In this document: piece after piece, positions 38,323 through 47,476 of the stretch
Layout: each line of letters opens with the position of its first letter
How positions within the stretch are numbered: position 1 is the first letter of the stretch
NCBI GenBank assembly: GCA_964245565.1
Contig: CAXTMY010000005.1
Coordinates: 24,605 to 88,604, forward strand
DNA from: an uncultured Acidobacteriaceae bacterium
GTDB taxonomy: Bacteria; Acidobacteriota; Terriglobia; Terriglobales; Acidobacteriaceae
DNA length: 64,000 nt
Reading direction: 5' to 3'
The notes under the pieces: model-generated
Told to the model about the DNA's origin: nothing
Databases searched by the model: none
The model's input: the letters and a program-made list of their open reading frames with translations, nothing else
Program-made: the position numbers and the translations under genes

Positions 38323-39326
38323 GTCGCATCGCCGTGCTCGGCGCCGGCTCCTGGGGTACGGCGCTGGCTCTCAGTCTCGCGCGTCGCCCGGACCACCAGA
38401 TCACCCTGTGGGCGCATACCGCCGCGCACGCCGAGGCGCTTGCAGCCGATCGCGAGAACCGCCGCTACCTTCCCGGCGTACCACTGCCCGCAGCCATCCG
38501 GATCACCGGCTCGCTCGAAGTCGCCGCACACGAAGCAGACGCCATCCTGGTCGTCGTTCCCTCGCAGCATGTCCGGCTCACCATCACCGCGCTGGCCGAT
38601 CACCTCAGACCCGGAACAATGCTTCTGAGCGCCTCGAAAGGCATTGAAGACCGGACGCTCCTGCGCATGACGGAGGTGATCGCGTCTGCCCTGAATACGC
38701 GAGCTGCCGGTCATCCCATCGGCGTGCTCAGCGGTCCGTCGTTCGCGCAGGAGGTCGCCGCAGGCGCGCCTTCAGCCGTAACGGTTGCTTTCGCTGACGG
38801 CGAGGCCGCGGAGCGCGCGCAGGCCATGCTCTCGACCGAAAGCATGCGACTGTATCGCAACACCGACGTTCCGGGTGTCGAGCTAGGCGGCGCGTTGAAG
38901 AATGTCATCGCGATCGCTGCCGGCGTGGTCGCGGGGCTGCAGCTCGGCCATAACTCGGGCGCTGCCCTCATCACGCGCGGCATCGCCGAGATGACGCGGC
39001 TCGCCCTGGCCTGTGGCGGCCGCCGCGAAACACTCGCCGGGCTCGCCGGCGTCGGCGACCTGATCCTCACCTGCACCGGCACCCTGTCGCGCAACCGGTT
39101 TGTCGGCATGGAACTGGGCCGCGGCCAGTCGCTTGCGGAGATCGTCGCAAGCCTCGACGGTAAGGTCGCCGAAGGCGTCCGCACCACCGGCGCAGCCCTC
39201 GGCCTCGCCGCACGCCACAGCGTCAGCATGCCCATTGCCGAACAGGTCCAGGCCGTGCTCCACGGCCATCGCTCGGCAAGCGATGCAGTTCGGGAACTGA
39301 TGGCGAGGCCGGGGAAAGACGAGTAA
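38319..39326 (+). CDS. gpsA: NAD(P)H-dependent glycerol-3-phosphate dehydrogenase
   Basis: GAGSWGTALA, SKGIE, SGPSFA, GGALKNVIA, GDLILTC..SRN. Confidence 0.96.
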   Translation: MSRIAVLGAGSWGTALALSLARRPDHQITLWAHTAAHAEALAADRENRRYLPGVPLPAAIRITGSLEVAAHEADAILVVVPSQHVRLTITALADHLRPGTMLLSASKGIEDRTLLRMTEVIASALNTRAAGHPIGVLSGPSFAQEVAAGAPSAVTVAFADGEAAERAQAMLSTESMRLYRNTDVPGVELGGALKNVIAIAAGVVAGLQLGHNSGAALITRGIAEMTRLALACGGRRETLAGLAGVGDLILTCTGTLSRNRFVGMELGRGQSLAEIVASLDGKVAEGVRTTGAALGLAARHSVSMPIAEQVQAVLHGHRSASDAVRELMARPGKDE

Positions 39327-39338
39327 ACCTTGAGGCCT

Positions 39339-39453
39339 TAAGGCATACTCACTTGTGGGTGTAGAGCGCTGGCTTTACGCTCCAGTGGCTTTTCCCTACG
39401 GAAAAGTCCGCGCACATTTGCCGGTCTCTATGCGTTGAGTGAAAATGCCCTAG
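39339..39453. repeat. Family A repeat
   Basis: TAAGGCATACTCACT...CGCTCCAGTGGCTTTTCC-CTAC-GGAAAAGT...AGTGAAAATGCCCTAG; its CTAG carries the Uma2 stop. Confidence 0.88.
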
Positions 39454-39959
39454 TCTCGCAACTCGCGAATCGCTGCCCAGTCGAGCAGACATGCGCTGCC
39501 CGGGCACGCAGGCTCCTCGTTTGGGGTCAGCACACCGTCCCGATAGCGGTAGATCGTATCCGTCTCCGGATTGATGACGACGATCGTCTGCACACGCATC
39601 GTCTGGTAATCCTTGAGCTTTTTGAGCATGCGCGGCACCCGGTCTTCCGGTGACAGCACTTCAAAGACCGCTATGGGAGGGTAGGTCAGAATCTGCTCGA
39701 CAGGCTGCGCTCGATCGAAGACAGTGATGTCCGGAACACGGTAGCGTGCAGGCGCGACTTTTACGCGGTATTCAGCCAGAACGCGGACGTTCCACTCGCG
39801 CTCGCGAGCGGAGAACCAAAGTAAGAGCGCTTTCTGCCAGGATGCGTGATCGAACTGCCCCATCGGCCGCTCCTCAATTTCACCGTCGACATACTCGGCA
39901 TCAGGCTCATAGTCGCTGCGAAGGTACTCTTCGATCGGAACAAACGCTGTAGTGGCCAT
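39450..39959 (-). CDS. Uma2/DUF820 family endonuclease
   Basis: EEYL, EYVDGEIEER, RVPDITV, PIAVFEVLSPED; paralog of 1084-1605. Confidence 0.9.
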   Translation of the reverse strand: MATTAFVPIEEYLRSDYEPDAEYVDGEIEERPMGQFDHASWQKALLLWFSAREREWNVRVLAEYRVKVAPARYRVPDITVFDRAQPVEQILTYPPIAVFEVLSPEDRVPRMLKKLKDYQTMRVQTIVVINPETDTIYRYRDGVLTPNEEPACPGSACLLDWAAIRELRD

Positions 39960-39985
39960 ACAAGCTCTCCCGCGTTATCGACAGT

Positions 39986-40004
39986 CTAGAGCATTTTCCC
40001 TGTA
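39986..40004. repeat. Isolated family A terminus
   Basis: CTAGAGCATTTTCCCT, matching the end of the 19933-20048 copy. Confidence 0.75.
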
Positions 40005-40069
40005 ACTGTGAGCCGGAGTCGCAGGCTGATTCAGTCTGGCGAACCCATTCACCTTAAACTGAAGGAACA

Positions 40070-41026
40070 ATGATCCAGACCCTCTTCGGCTCGTTAGACC
40101 AACCGGAAAAGCGCAGTGTGTTCGACAGGATGCGCGAAGCTGTCTCGCGCACCCGCGATTCTCTTTCCGACAAAATTGGCGATGTCGTCGCGCTTACGCG
40201 CGAGGTAGACGAAGCCGCGCTCGAGGAGCTGGAGGGTGTTCTGCTGGCCTCTGACCTTGGCATGCCGACGACGACGGTGGTGATTGGAGCTTTGCGCGAA
40301 CGGGCGCTCCGCCAGGGCATTCGCGACGGCGCCGAGCTTAAGACCCTGCTGCGCGCCGAGCTGCTCACGATCCTCAACCGGGAAAACGCGCTGCCGCCGC
40401 GCCGCATCACGCCTCCTGAGGTTGTGTTCCTGGTAGGCGTGAACGGCACCGGCAAGACGACGACCAGCGGCAAGCTGGCCGCGTGGCACCGCCGGGCGGG
40501 CAAAACCGTCCTGCTGTGCGCGGCCGACACCTTCCGCGCCGCCGCGATTGAGCAGCTGGAGATCTGGGGCCAGCGCGCCGGCGTCGAGATCATCAAAACC
40601 CGCCAGGGCGGCGACCCCTCTGCCGTGCTGTTTGACGCGGTAACAGCCGCCAACGCCCGCCGCACCGACCTTCTGCTGGTAGATACCGCAGGCCGGCTGC
40701 ATACAAAGACCGGCCTGATGGCTGAGCTTGAAAAGATGCGCCGCACCGCCCAGCGCATCATCTGGGATGCTCCACACGAAGTCCTGCTGGTACTCGACGC
40801 CACCACCGGTCAAAACGGGCTGCAGCAGGCGCGGCTCTTTACCGAATCCGCGGGAGTGACCGGCATCGTTCTCTCCAAGCTTGACGGAACCGCAAAAGGT
40901 GGGATAGTTGTAGCCATCGCCCATGAACTGCATTTGCCGGTGCGGTTTGTGGGGACGGGCGAGAAGATGGACGATTTGCTCGCCTTTAACAGCGAGGCCT
41001 TTGTCGACTCCCTGCTGGGAGATTAG
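40070..41026 (+). CDS. ftsY: SRP receptor FtsY
   Basis: [42 protein letters not shown]. Confidence 0.97.
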   Translation: MIQTLFGSLDQPEKRSVFDRMREAVSRTRDSLSDKIGDVVALTREVDEAALEELEGVLLASDLGMPTTTVVIGALRERALRQGIRDGAELKTLLRAELLTILNRENALPPRRITPPEVVFLVGVNGTGKTTTSGKLAAWHRRAGKTVLLCAADTFRAAAIEQLEIWGQRAGVEIIKTRQGGDPSAVLFDAVTAANARRTDLLLVDTAGRLHTKTGLMAELEKMRRTAQRIIWDAPHEVLLVLDATTGQNGLQQARLFTESAGVTGIVLSKLDGTAKGGIVVAIAHELHLPVRFVGTGEKMDDLLAFNSEAFVDSLLGD

Positions 41027-41127
41027 AGCGTTTGCCCGTAGGGGATACGGTCGGTCTTTCTACCTTGTGGCTTTCTGCCAAGGCCACTATCGCGGTCGCA
41101 CTGCACACGTTTTTGGGGGGAGATGCC
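41024..41127. repeat. Family A repeat, degenerate
   Basis: TAGAGCGTTTGCCC...GTGGCTTTC..AAGGCCAC...GGGGAGATGCC; the first TAG is the ftsY stop. Confidence 0.65.
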
Positions 41128-41134
41128 GAGCCGC

Positions 41135-42418
41135 ATGTCTGAGCCATCCACTCCAAACCAGCTCAGCCAAGCCGTTGTCGAGTCCATGCCGGACCGCCAG
41201 GAAGACGCGCGCTGGATGCGCCATGCCTTGCAGCTGGCGCAGGCCTCTATCGGCCTGGCCTCGCCGAACCCGCGCGTCGGCTGTGTTCTGGTAAGAAACG
41301 GCGTCGTGATCGGGCGCGCCGCGCACCACTATGAGGCGAAGGACCACGCCGAGGTGGTGGCGCTCAGGGAGGCAGGCCCGAAGGCGCGCGGCGCCACTGC
41401 CTATGTCACGCTCGAGCCCTGCTCCCACACCGGGCGCACGCCGCCGTGTGCTGCTGCGCTGATCCAGGCAGGGATCAGTCGTGTCGTCGCTGCCACGGGC
41501 GACCCCAACCCGCTGGTGAACGGCCACGGTCTTGCCATGCTGCGCGAAGCCGGCATCGCCACGACAGTCGGTGTGCTCACCGAGCAGGCGCGTGCGCTCA
41601 ATGACGGCTTCGCCCGCTGGATTCGCCGCAAGCTGCCGTTCGTCACGCTCAAGGCGGGCGTCTCGCTCGACGGGCGCATCGCTCCCTCCCGGGCTGAAAA
41701 AACTCCCGGCAGCGTGGCCTACCTCACCGGCGCCCGCTCGCTGCTGGCAGTGCAAAAGCTCCGCCAGGCCAGCGATGCCGTACTCACCGGGATCGGCACT
41801 GTTCTCGAAGACAACCCTCTGCTGACGGACCGCAGCGGCGGTTCGCGCAGGCGTCCCCTGCTGCGTGTCGTGCTCGACTCCCAACTGCGGCTGCCGATGG
41901 ACAGCAGCCTCGTCCAGTCAGCCGCCGGTGATCTGCTCGTCATCACCTGTGATGCGGATGAGGACTCGTCTGCTGAGCCGGCCCCGGACACGCGGGTCGG
42001 CACGGCCTCCGCTGCGCTGATGTGTGCGCCTGTCAATGCAGATGCGCAGATTTTGCGCGAGCGCCGCCGTGCGCTGGAGACGGCGGGTGTCGCGGTTCGC
42101 GCGGTTCCACGCAATGCCGCGGGGAAGCTTGACCTGCATGCCGTGCTGCACCTGCTGGCCGAGAGTTACGGAGTGCTGAATCTGCTGGCCGAAGGAGGCT
42201 CGCAGCTGAACCGGGCGCTGCTCGAGGGCAGTAACGGCGTCCCGGTAGCCGACAAGCTCTGCCTCTTCTACGCGCCGATGTTCCTTGGCCAGGCGGGTGT
42301 GCCGCTGCTTGCGGGGGACCTTTCGCTGCCCGCCGAAATTCACCGTTCCACCCTGTCGGAGTGCGGCTCCGATTTCCGGCTCGACGCGTATCTGCGCGAT
42401 CCCTGGCGGGACCAGTAG
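41135..42418 (+). CDS. ribD: Bifunctional riboflavin deaminase/reductase
   Basis: PNPRVGC, HAEV, TLEPCSH.GRTPPC, SLDGRIA, GIGTVLEDNP, EGGS. Confidence 0.95.
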   Translation: MSEPSTPNQLSQAVVESMPDRQEDARWMRHALQLAQASIGLASPNPRVGCVLVRNGVVIGRAAHHYEAKDHAEVVALREAGPKARGATAYVTLEPCSHTGRTPPCAAALIQAGISRVVAATGDPNPLVNGHGLAMLREAGIATTVGVLTEQARALNDGFARWIRRKLPFVTLKAGVSLDGRIAPSRAEKTPGSVAYLTGARSLLAVQKLRQASDAVLTGIGTVLEDNPLLTDRSGGSRRRPLLRVVLDSQLRLPMDSSLVQSAAGDLLVITCDADEDSSAEPAPDTRVGTASAALMCAPVNADAQILRERRRALETAGVAVRAVPRNAAGKLDLHAVLHLLAESYGVLNLLAEGGSQLNRALLEGSNGVPVADKLCLFYAPMFLGQAGVPLLAGDLSLPAEIHRSTLSECGSDFRLDAYLRDPWRDQ

Positions 42419-42512
42419 CCCTCCTGCCTGCGCTCTCGTAGATGACCTTTCCAGGGCTGCGGCGCGCCGGGCGACCCTGACGGCGCACGTAAAATGAAGA
42501 AGGAGATAACCC

Positions 42513-43253
42513 ATGTTCACAGGGCTGGTGCAAGCTACAGGAACGATCCGGTCGGTCGAGGCTGGTGCCGGGACGATTCGCCTGACCGTTGAAGCGCCGG
42601 GCGTGGCCGCGAAGCTGGGCGTCGGCGACAGCATCGCGGTGAGCGGTGTATGCCTCACTGCGCTTGAGCCGTCTGCGCAGGTGTTCCACGCCGAGCTCGC
42701 TGCCGAAACCGTGGCGCGCACTTCGCTTGCCTCGCTTGAGCCAGGGGCAAAGGTTAACCTGGAGCTGCCGACGCCCGCCGGCACCCCGCTCGGCGGCCAT
42801 ATCGTGCAGGGCCACGTGGATGCGACCGGGTCGCTTCTCGCGCTCGAACCTGTCGGCGCCGGTGAGCGAACGGACTGGCTGCTGCGTATCGCCGTTCCCC
42901 CTGCGGTCGGCAGGTTTGTCGTTGAAAAAGGTTCCGTGACGATCGAAGGGATCTCGCTGACGGTCGCGCGCTGGTTCCCGGAGAAGGACGCGCAGGACGA
43001 TACGCTCACCGGTGCGGGCGAGCTGCACGTCGCGGTGATCCCGCACACGTACGAAGCCACCAACCTGCATGCTCTGAAGCCCGGAGACGCGGTGAACCTG
43101 GAAGCCGACGTGCTGATGAAGCTGGCGGTGCAGAATGGCCTGCTGGGCAACGGCAGGCAGGACACGCTGTGGACCCGGCTCGCCGCGAAGGATGCGCGGA
43201 ACAGCCAGGCCTTTGAAGTCTCACTCCCGTATCTCGTCGCAAACGGGTACTAG
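42513..43253 (+). CDS. ribE: Riboflavin synthase alpha chain
   Basis: MFTGLV, GDSIAVSGVCLT, VNLE, GGHIVQGHVD, KGSVTIEGISLTV; strong AAGGAG RBS. Confidence 0.96.
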   Translation: MFTGLVQATGTIRSVEAGAGTIRLTVEAPGVAAKLGVGDSIAVSGVCLTALEPSAQVFHAELAAETVARTSLASLEPGAKVNLELPTPAGTPLGGHIVQGHVDATGSLLALEPVGAGERTDWLLRIAVPPAVGRFVVEKGSVTIEGISLTVARWFPEKDAQDDTLTGAGELHVAVIPHTYEATNLHALKPGDAVNLEADVLMKLAVQNGLLGNGRQDTLWTRLAAKDARNSQAFEVSLPYLVANGY

Positions 43254-43285
43254 AGCGATTCAACCCAGCCCGGAACGGGAGTGCA

Positions 43286-43678
43286 ATGGCAGTACAGGTA
43301 CGGGATACCCGGCAGAAAAAGGCAATCCGCGTGGCATTCTCGACGGCCGCGCGGCCCCTTTCGCCTGAAGAGGCGCAGGTCGAAGCAGCAAAGCTGGTTG
43401 AGGGTATCAGCGTGGCCACGATCTACCGGAACATCCATGCGCTGGTTGAAGACCGGTGGCTCTCGCCGGTTGACATTCCTGGCGAACCGGCGCGTTACGA
43501 GGTCGCCGGCAAAGGCCATCACCACCACTTCCACTGCGAGGGATGCGGCCGCATTTATGACCTCGAGGGCTGTGTTCTGCAGCCGAAACCGAAGCTGCCG
43601 CGCGGCTTCCGGATGACCGGACACGAGCTGTTCCTCTACGGAATGTGCGCGGACTGCGCAGCGACAGGACAGGGATGA
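43286..43678 (+). CDS. Fur/Zur family metal-responsive regulator
   Basis: TRQK, ATIYRN, HHHHFHCEGC, YGMCADC. Confidence 0.9.
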   Translation: MAVQVRDTRQKKAIRVAFSTAARPLSPEEAQVEAAKLVEGISVATIYRNIHALVEDRWLSPVDIPGEPARYEVAGKGHHHHFHCEGCGRIYDLEGCVLQPKPKLPRGFRMTGHELFLYGMCADCAATGQG

Positions 43679-43705
43679 GGTCTTGCCCTGAGAGGAATGC
43701 AAAAC

Positions 43706-44503
43706 TCACCCCGCATGCAGGCCGGTAACTGCCGCAACCACCAGCACTCCGGCCAGCAGACACAGCAGTTGTCGCACGGTCTGCCCCGCACGCATCGGGG
43801 TTTGCAATTCAGGCAGCAGGTTGGCTCCCGCGATATACAGAAAGCTTCCGGCACTGATCGGCAGCAGCCACCGGAAAACACCGGAACCTGCTTCGCCCAT
43901 CAGCAGCACCGCCGCTGCGCCTGCGAGCGAAGGCGCGCCTGCGAGGATCGCAAAATGCATTGTTTTCGGTGCGGGCACACCCAGGTGCAGCAGCACCGCG
44001 ACATCGCCCAGGCGGTGCGGAACCTCGTGCAGCGCGACAGCAAAAGCGGTCAGCAGGCCCAGGCTCGAGTTGACGGCAAATGCGGTTGCAATTGCCGTGC
44101 CGTCGACGAAACTGTGCAGGGAACTGCCAACCAGCAGGTTGACCGGGCGGAGTGAGCCGCCGCCGTGGAGATGGTTGCAGGCTTCGCCGTGGACCTGCGG
44201 CGCAGCGGCGGAGGCGGCCTGGTGCGGTTCCGCCGCCATACCGGTAAAGGACTGGACGATGCGCTCAAGCGTGAACAAGCCCAGCAGTGTTGCGCCGAGG
44301 GTGAGCCATAAGCCTTGTCGGTTCCCCAGCGCTTCCACTGACTCGGGCAGCAGGTGGAGCAGTGCGGTCGCGAGCAGAACGCCGACGGCAAGGGCTACGA
44401 GATAAGGCAGCTGCCGCCGCAGCAGATGCTCCCGCGCGCGCAGAAGCCAGGCGGCGGCAACAGCTACCAGCTGCACGGCGAAAACTGCTGCAAGGGTAAG
44501 CAT
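43706..44503 (-). CDS. ZIP family metal transporter
   Basis: LLHLLPES, His-containing loop, LHSFVDG, ALHEVPH.LGD, AGSFLYIA..NLLPE. Confidence 0.9.
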   Translation of the reverse strand: MLTLAAVFAVQLVAVAAAWLLRAREHLLRRQLPYLVALAVGVLLATALLHLLPESVEALGNRQGLWLTLGATLLGLFTLERIVQSFTGMAAEPHQAASAAAPQVHGEACNHLHGGGSLRPVNLLVGSSLHSFVDGTAIATAFAVNSSLGLLTAFAVALHEVPHRLGDVAVLLHLGVPAPKTMHFAILAGAPSLAGAAAVLLMGEAGSGVFRWLLPISAGSFLYIAGANLLPELQTPMRAGQTVRQLLCLLAGVLVVAAVTGLHAG

Positions 44504-44678
44504 GGAGGCGCGCCGATCCTGAAGGCATGCACACGCTCAAACCAGTGTGGAAGAGCGCTTGTTGCGAACGTGTGTGCAATTAGGATGGCACAGGGAACCG
44601 TGTGTTGGGAAGAGCGGACGATGCGATAGCCGAGCAGGACCTTGCTGAACCTGAAAAAAAAGGTTTGTTCTATGGTGT

Positions 44679-45458
44679 TTACGAGGCGTTCTGGTTATAC
44701 CGGTCCCTGGCGAGGAGGACTTTCTCGAGCTCCAGCGGAGTGAGCGCGCGGGGCGTACCGAGGTGGTGCGCAATGAGGCGGATATTCGCCAGGTGCTCCA
44801 GGGTTTCCATTTTCTGGAAGGCATCGAGCAGGTTGGGCCCGTAGGTCACGGCGCCGTGATTGGCCATCAGGATCGCGTCATGCGTGGCGAGGTGCGGCGC
44901 CAGGCTGGCCGCGACCTCGTGCGTACCGGTGGTGGCATAGGTGGCCAACGGCACCGCGCCCAGGGTCATCACGGCTTCCTGGCAAAGGGTCTCATCGAGT
45001 GCCCGGCCGGCACACGCGAAAGCAGTGGCGATTGGCGGGTGGGAGTGGATGACGGCATTCACGTCGGGTCGGCCGCGATAGATCGCCAGGTGCATGCCGA
45101 TTTCGCTTGTCACCTTGCGCGCGCCGGCAATCTGGCGCCCTTCGGTGTCCAGGATGACCATGTCGGTGGAGCGAAGCAGGTATTTGCTGATGCCGGTGGG
45201 CGTTGCGAGCAGGCGCGTCCCATCAAGCCGCACAGAGAGATTGCCGGAGGTACCGGGCATGAAGCCGAGCCGGTGCAGCCACTTGCCGAGGCGAACGATC
45301 TCGCGTCGCAGATCCTGCTCCCGGCGCGCGGGCGCGCCTTCGTCCCGGCGCATCGGCTCGCCCTCCAGGTGCAGAGTGCGATCCCCGGGCTGCGTCCAGC
45401 GAGGATGATTTTGTTCCAGATCGCTTTGCGTGAAGTGCATCTTGTCTGCCAAGCTCAC
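44679..45458 (-). CDS. Class II aldolase/adducin family protein
   Basis: GTSGNLSVR, TPTG, TSEIGMH, VIHSHP, MANHG; start uncertain (45440-45458). Confidence 0.88.
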   Translation of the reverse strand: MSLADKMHFTQSDLEQNHPRWTQPGDRTLHLEGEPMRRDEGAPARREQDLRREIVRLGKWLHRLGFMPGTSGNLSVRLDGTRLLATPTGISKYLLRSTDMVILDTEGRQIAGARKVTSEIGMHLAIYRGRPDVNAVIHSHPPIATAFACAGRALDETLCQEAVMTLGAVPLATYATTGTHEVAASLAPHLATHDAILMANHGAVTYGPNLLDAFQKMETLEHLANIRLIAHHLGTPRALTPLELEKVLLARDRYNQNAS

Positions 45459-45518
45459 GCTCCTCTTATGCGGCTCCGTGCGACTCGTGTTGCTCCATGG
45501 TAACTGCTGGCAGGCCGG

Positions 45519-46544
45519 TCAGAGAATCCTGAATGGGGAAGCTTGCGCTTTGCCTGGCCGCTTGAGGGTAAATGCCCGGCGCGCGAGATGCCAGCCCTTT
45601 CCGATCCGGTCAGACGCTTTGAAGAGATGGCCTGCCGTCAAAGGCCCCGCGACGCGGTGGTGGCCGACAGCGGCCAGGCCCATCGATGCGACGCAGCCGC
45701 ACTGCGAGCAGTCCGGGTCGCCGCCGAACTGGCAGGGGGTGATTTGCGTTGTCAGGTCGGCGGAGATAGTTTCCGTGGTGCGGGCGAAGATGCAGTCCGC
45801 AGGATTGTTCGGGGGGGAGTCGATTTCGTCGATGACGGCCTGGGGCATATCGAGGACGGGATACTGGAGGCGGAGTCGGCTGAGGTCAGCGATGACCCCG
45901 GCGCGCTGCGCGGGCGTCAGAATTTCCGGGTCCGTGGCGCCTCGTTGCGGCGTGAAAATACTGAACCAGACCTTCGCGATTTCAGGCTGGCTGCTCCAGA
46001 AGGCGAGGAACTCGTCGAGATAGCCGGGGCGTTCGGCGATCTGCGAGGTGATGGTGCAGTGGACGGTGACGCGGGCGTCCTTGATGTTTTTGAGAATGCG
46101 CTCGTAGGTCGCAGGCTTGCGCCGCTCGTCGTGCTCAGGCTGCAGGCCGTCGATCGAGACGACGACGTTGAGTCTGGGGTATTGGAGCCAGTGCGTGGGG
46201 ATCACGCGGAAGGCGCTTGTGACGACCTGGGTGTGGATGCCGCGGCGATCGAGCTCGGGCAGGAGCTGGTCGAGCTCGCGGTAGCGGACCAGGGGGTCGC
46301 CGCCGACCAGCGAAAGATGCAGCGGCTTGTGCTCATCGACGACGGCGAGGACGTTGCGAACGAGAGCGTCACCTTTGAAGTCCGAGAGCTGCCGCAGCTG
46401 GACCTCGTTGCCGAGGTGGGCGGCGTCGAAGGCATAGCAGCCGGGGCAACGCAGCGGGCACTCCTTGGTGATCTCTATGGAAAGGGAGGGCGCGCGGCCA
46501 GCGAGGATGGAGTACCAGGCTTGGAGAACTTCAGACGTTTTCAT
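45519..46544 (-). CDS. Radical SAM protein with a Cys-rich C-terminal (SPASM/twitch-like) region
   Basis: CPLRCPGC, VGGDP, VSIDG; C-terminal CIF...PCQFGGDPDCSQCGC. Confidence 0.9.
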   Translation of the reverse strand: MKTSEVLQAWYSILAGRAPSLSIEITKECPLRCPGCYAFDAAHLGNEVQLRQLSDFKGDALVRNVLAVVDEHKPLHLSLVGGDPLVRYRELDQLLPELDRRGIHTQVVTSAFRVIPTHWLQYPRLNVVVSIDGLQPEHDERRKPATYERILKNIKDARVTVHCTITSQIAERPGYLDEFLAFWSSQPEIAKVWFSIFTPQRGATDPEILTPAQRAGVIADLSRLRLQYPVLDMPQAVIDEIDSPPNNPADCIFARTTETISADLTTQITPCQFGGDPDCSQCGCVASMGLAAVGHHRVAGPLTAGHLFKASDRIGKGWHLARRAFTLKRPGKAQASPFRIL

Positions 46545-46638
46545 GGACTTCTCAAAGAATACGCGTCCGGCGGCGCGCGAATCTTCGATGGAAGCGCAGA
46601 ACGATGGAATGCGTGAAAGCTTTACAGCATCGAAGCCG

Positions 46639-47268
46639 TTATTTTGCCTCAGCGTTCAAATAAGCATCCATCGGCACTTCAAAGGCAAACATTTCTCTGC
46701 CTGCGCCGTCGTGGACCTGCCGGAAGACGAGGTGCGCACCGGCCAGCGGATGCTGCCCGAGCCCCTGCGCGTCGTAAAACAGGAAACCGGCCTGGGTGGT
46801 ATGCGGCGCGACCGTTACGGCCGAGTACTCATAGTCGTTAAAGTCAGCCTCTACTTTTTTGTCCGCGTCCTTGCCCTGCTTGTGCCAGGTAATCGGCCCG
46901 ATGGGAATGTTCGTCCCCTGGCGCGCCTTGCTGCTCACCTTCCGCTCCACATCCTCCGGCTCCGCTGCGTTGATCTTGCCGCCATCCTGGGGCAGCAGGA
47001 GAATGCGGGCTTCGCTTAGCGAAATGGGCTTATCCGTGGTGTTGGTCACGATGATCCGCAGCGGGATCACGTCGTACTGCAGGTAATCCACCCGGAATAC
47101 ATTCTGCTTCGGCATGCGGTCGTACGGGTCGACTGCGATGGTGATCCCGTCTTGAGTCACGTGCGCCGGATACTCGGTGGCCGCGCGCGCGGGCTCGATC
47201 TTCTTCTCAGCAGTCGCGGCGAGCGAGAAGCAAAGCATGGCGATCAAAGAAAACCAGAGCCTTTTCAC
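46639..47268 (-). CDS. Hypothetical secreted protein
   Basis: GTG start gives the signal peptide MKRLWFSLIAMLCFSLAATA; protein-like composition. Confidence 0.7.
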   Translation of the reverse strand: MKRLWFSLIAMLCFSLAATAEKKIEPARAATEYPAHVTQDGITIAVDPYDRMPKQNVFRVDYLQYDVIPLRIIVTNTTDKPISLSEARILLLPQDGGKINAAEPEDVERKVSSKARQGTNIPIGPITWHKQGKDADKKVEADFNDYEYSAVTVAPHTTQAGFLFYDAQGLGQHPLAGAHLVFRQVHDGAGREMFAFEVPMDAYLNAEAK

Positions 47269-47476
47269 AGTGACTATGATCCCCCTCTGACTTGCGCGGC
47301 ATGCGGCTGTCATGGCGGAAACCCGCATGCCCGAGTTTCGCGCCTGAACTGCACCTGGTGTGAGAATGCTCCAGCGCCCGGCGGTTCTCTGTGAGCGGGC
47401 TCCGTCATGGTGCTCCGCCGCACCCATTATCATCGTGGGCGGACCTCCTGTGCATCGACCGCCGGCAAACTTTCGT

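Noticed and set aside
41027-41134. Possible FMN riboswitch upstream of ribD
   Set aside because: No RFN consensus (AGGGCGGGG...AAATTCCC); the spacer is occupied by a family A repeat.
44648-44666. A-run with a short inverted repeat as a terminator or phase-variable tract
   Set aside because: Only a 5-bp stem, no GC hairpin before the U-run, and the tract is intergenic.
47355-47375. GAGAATGCTCC as another family A end
   Set aside because: Match too short, with no partner arm or central hairpin visible.
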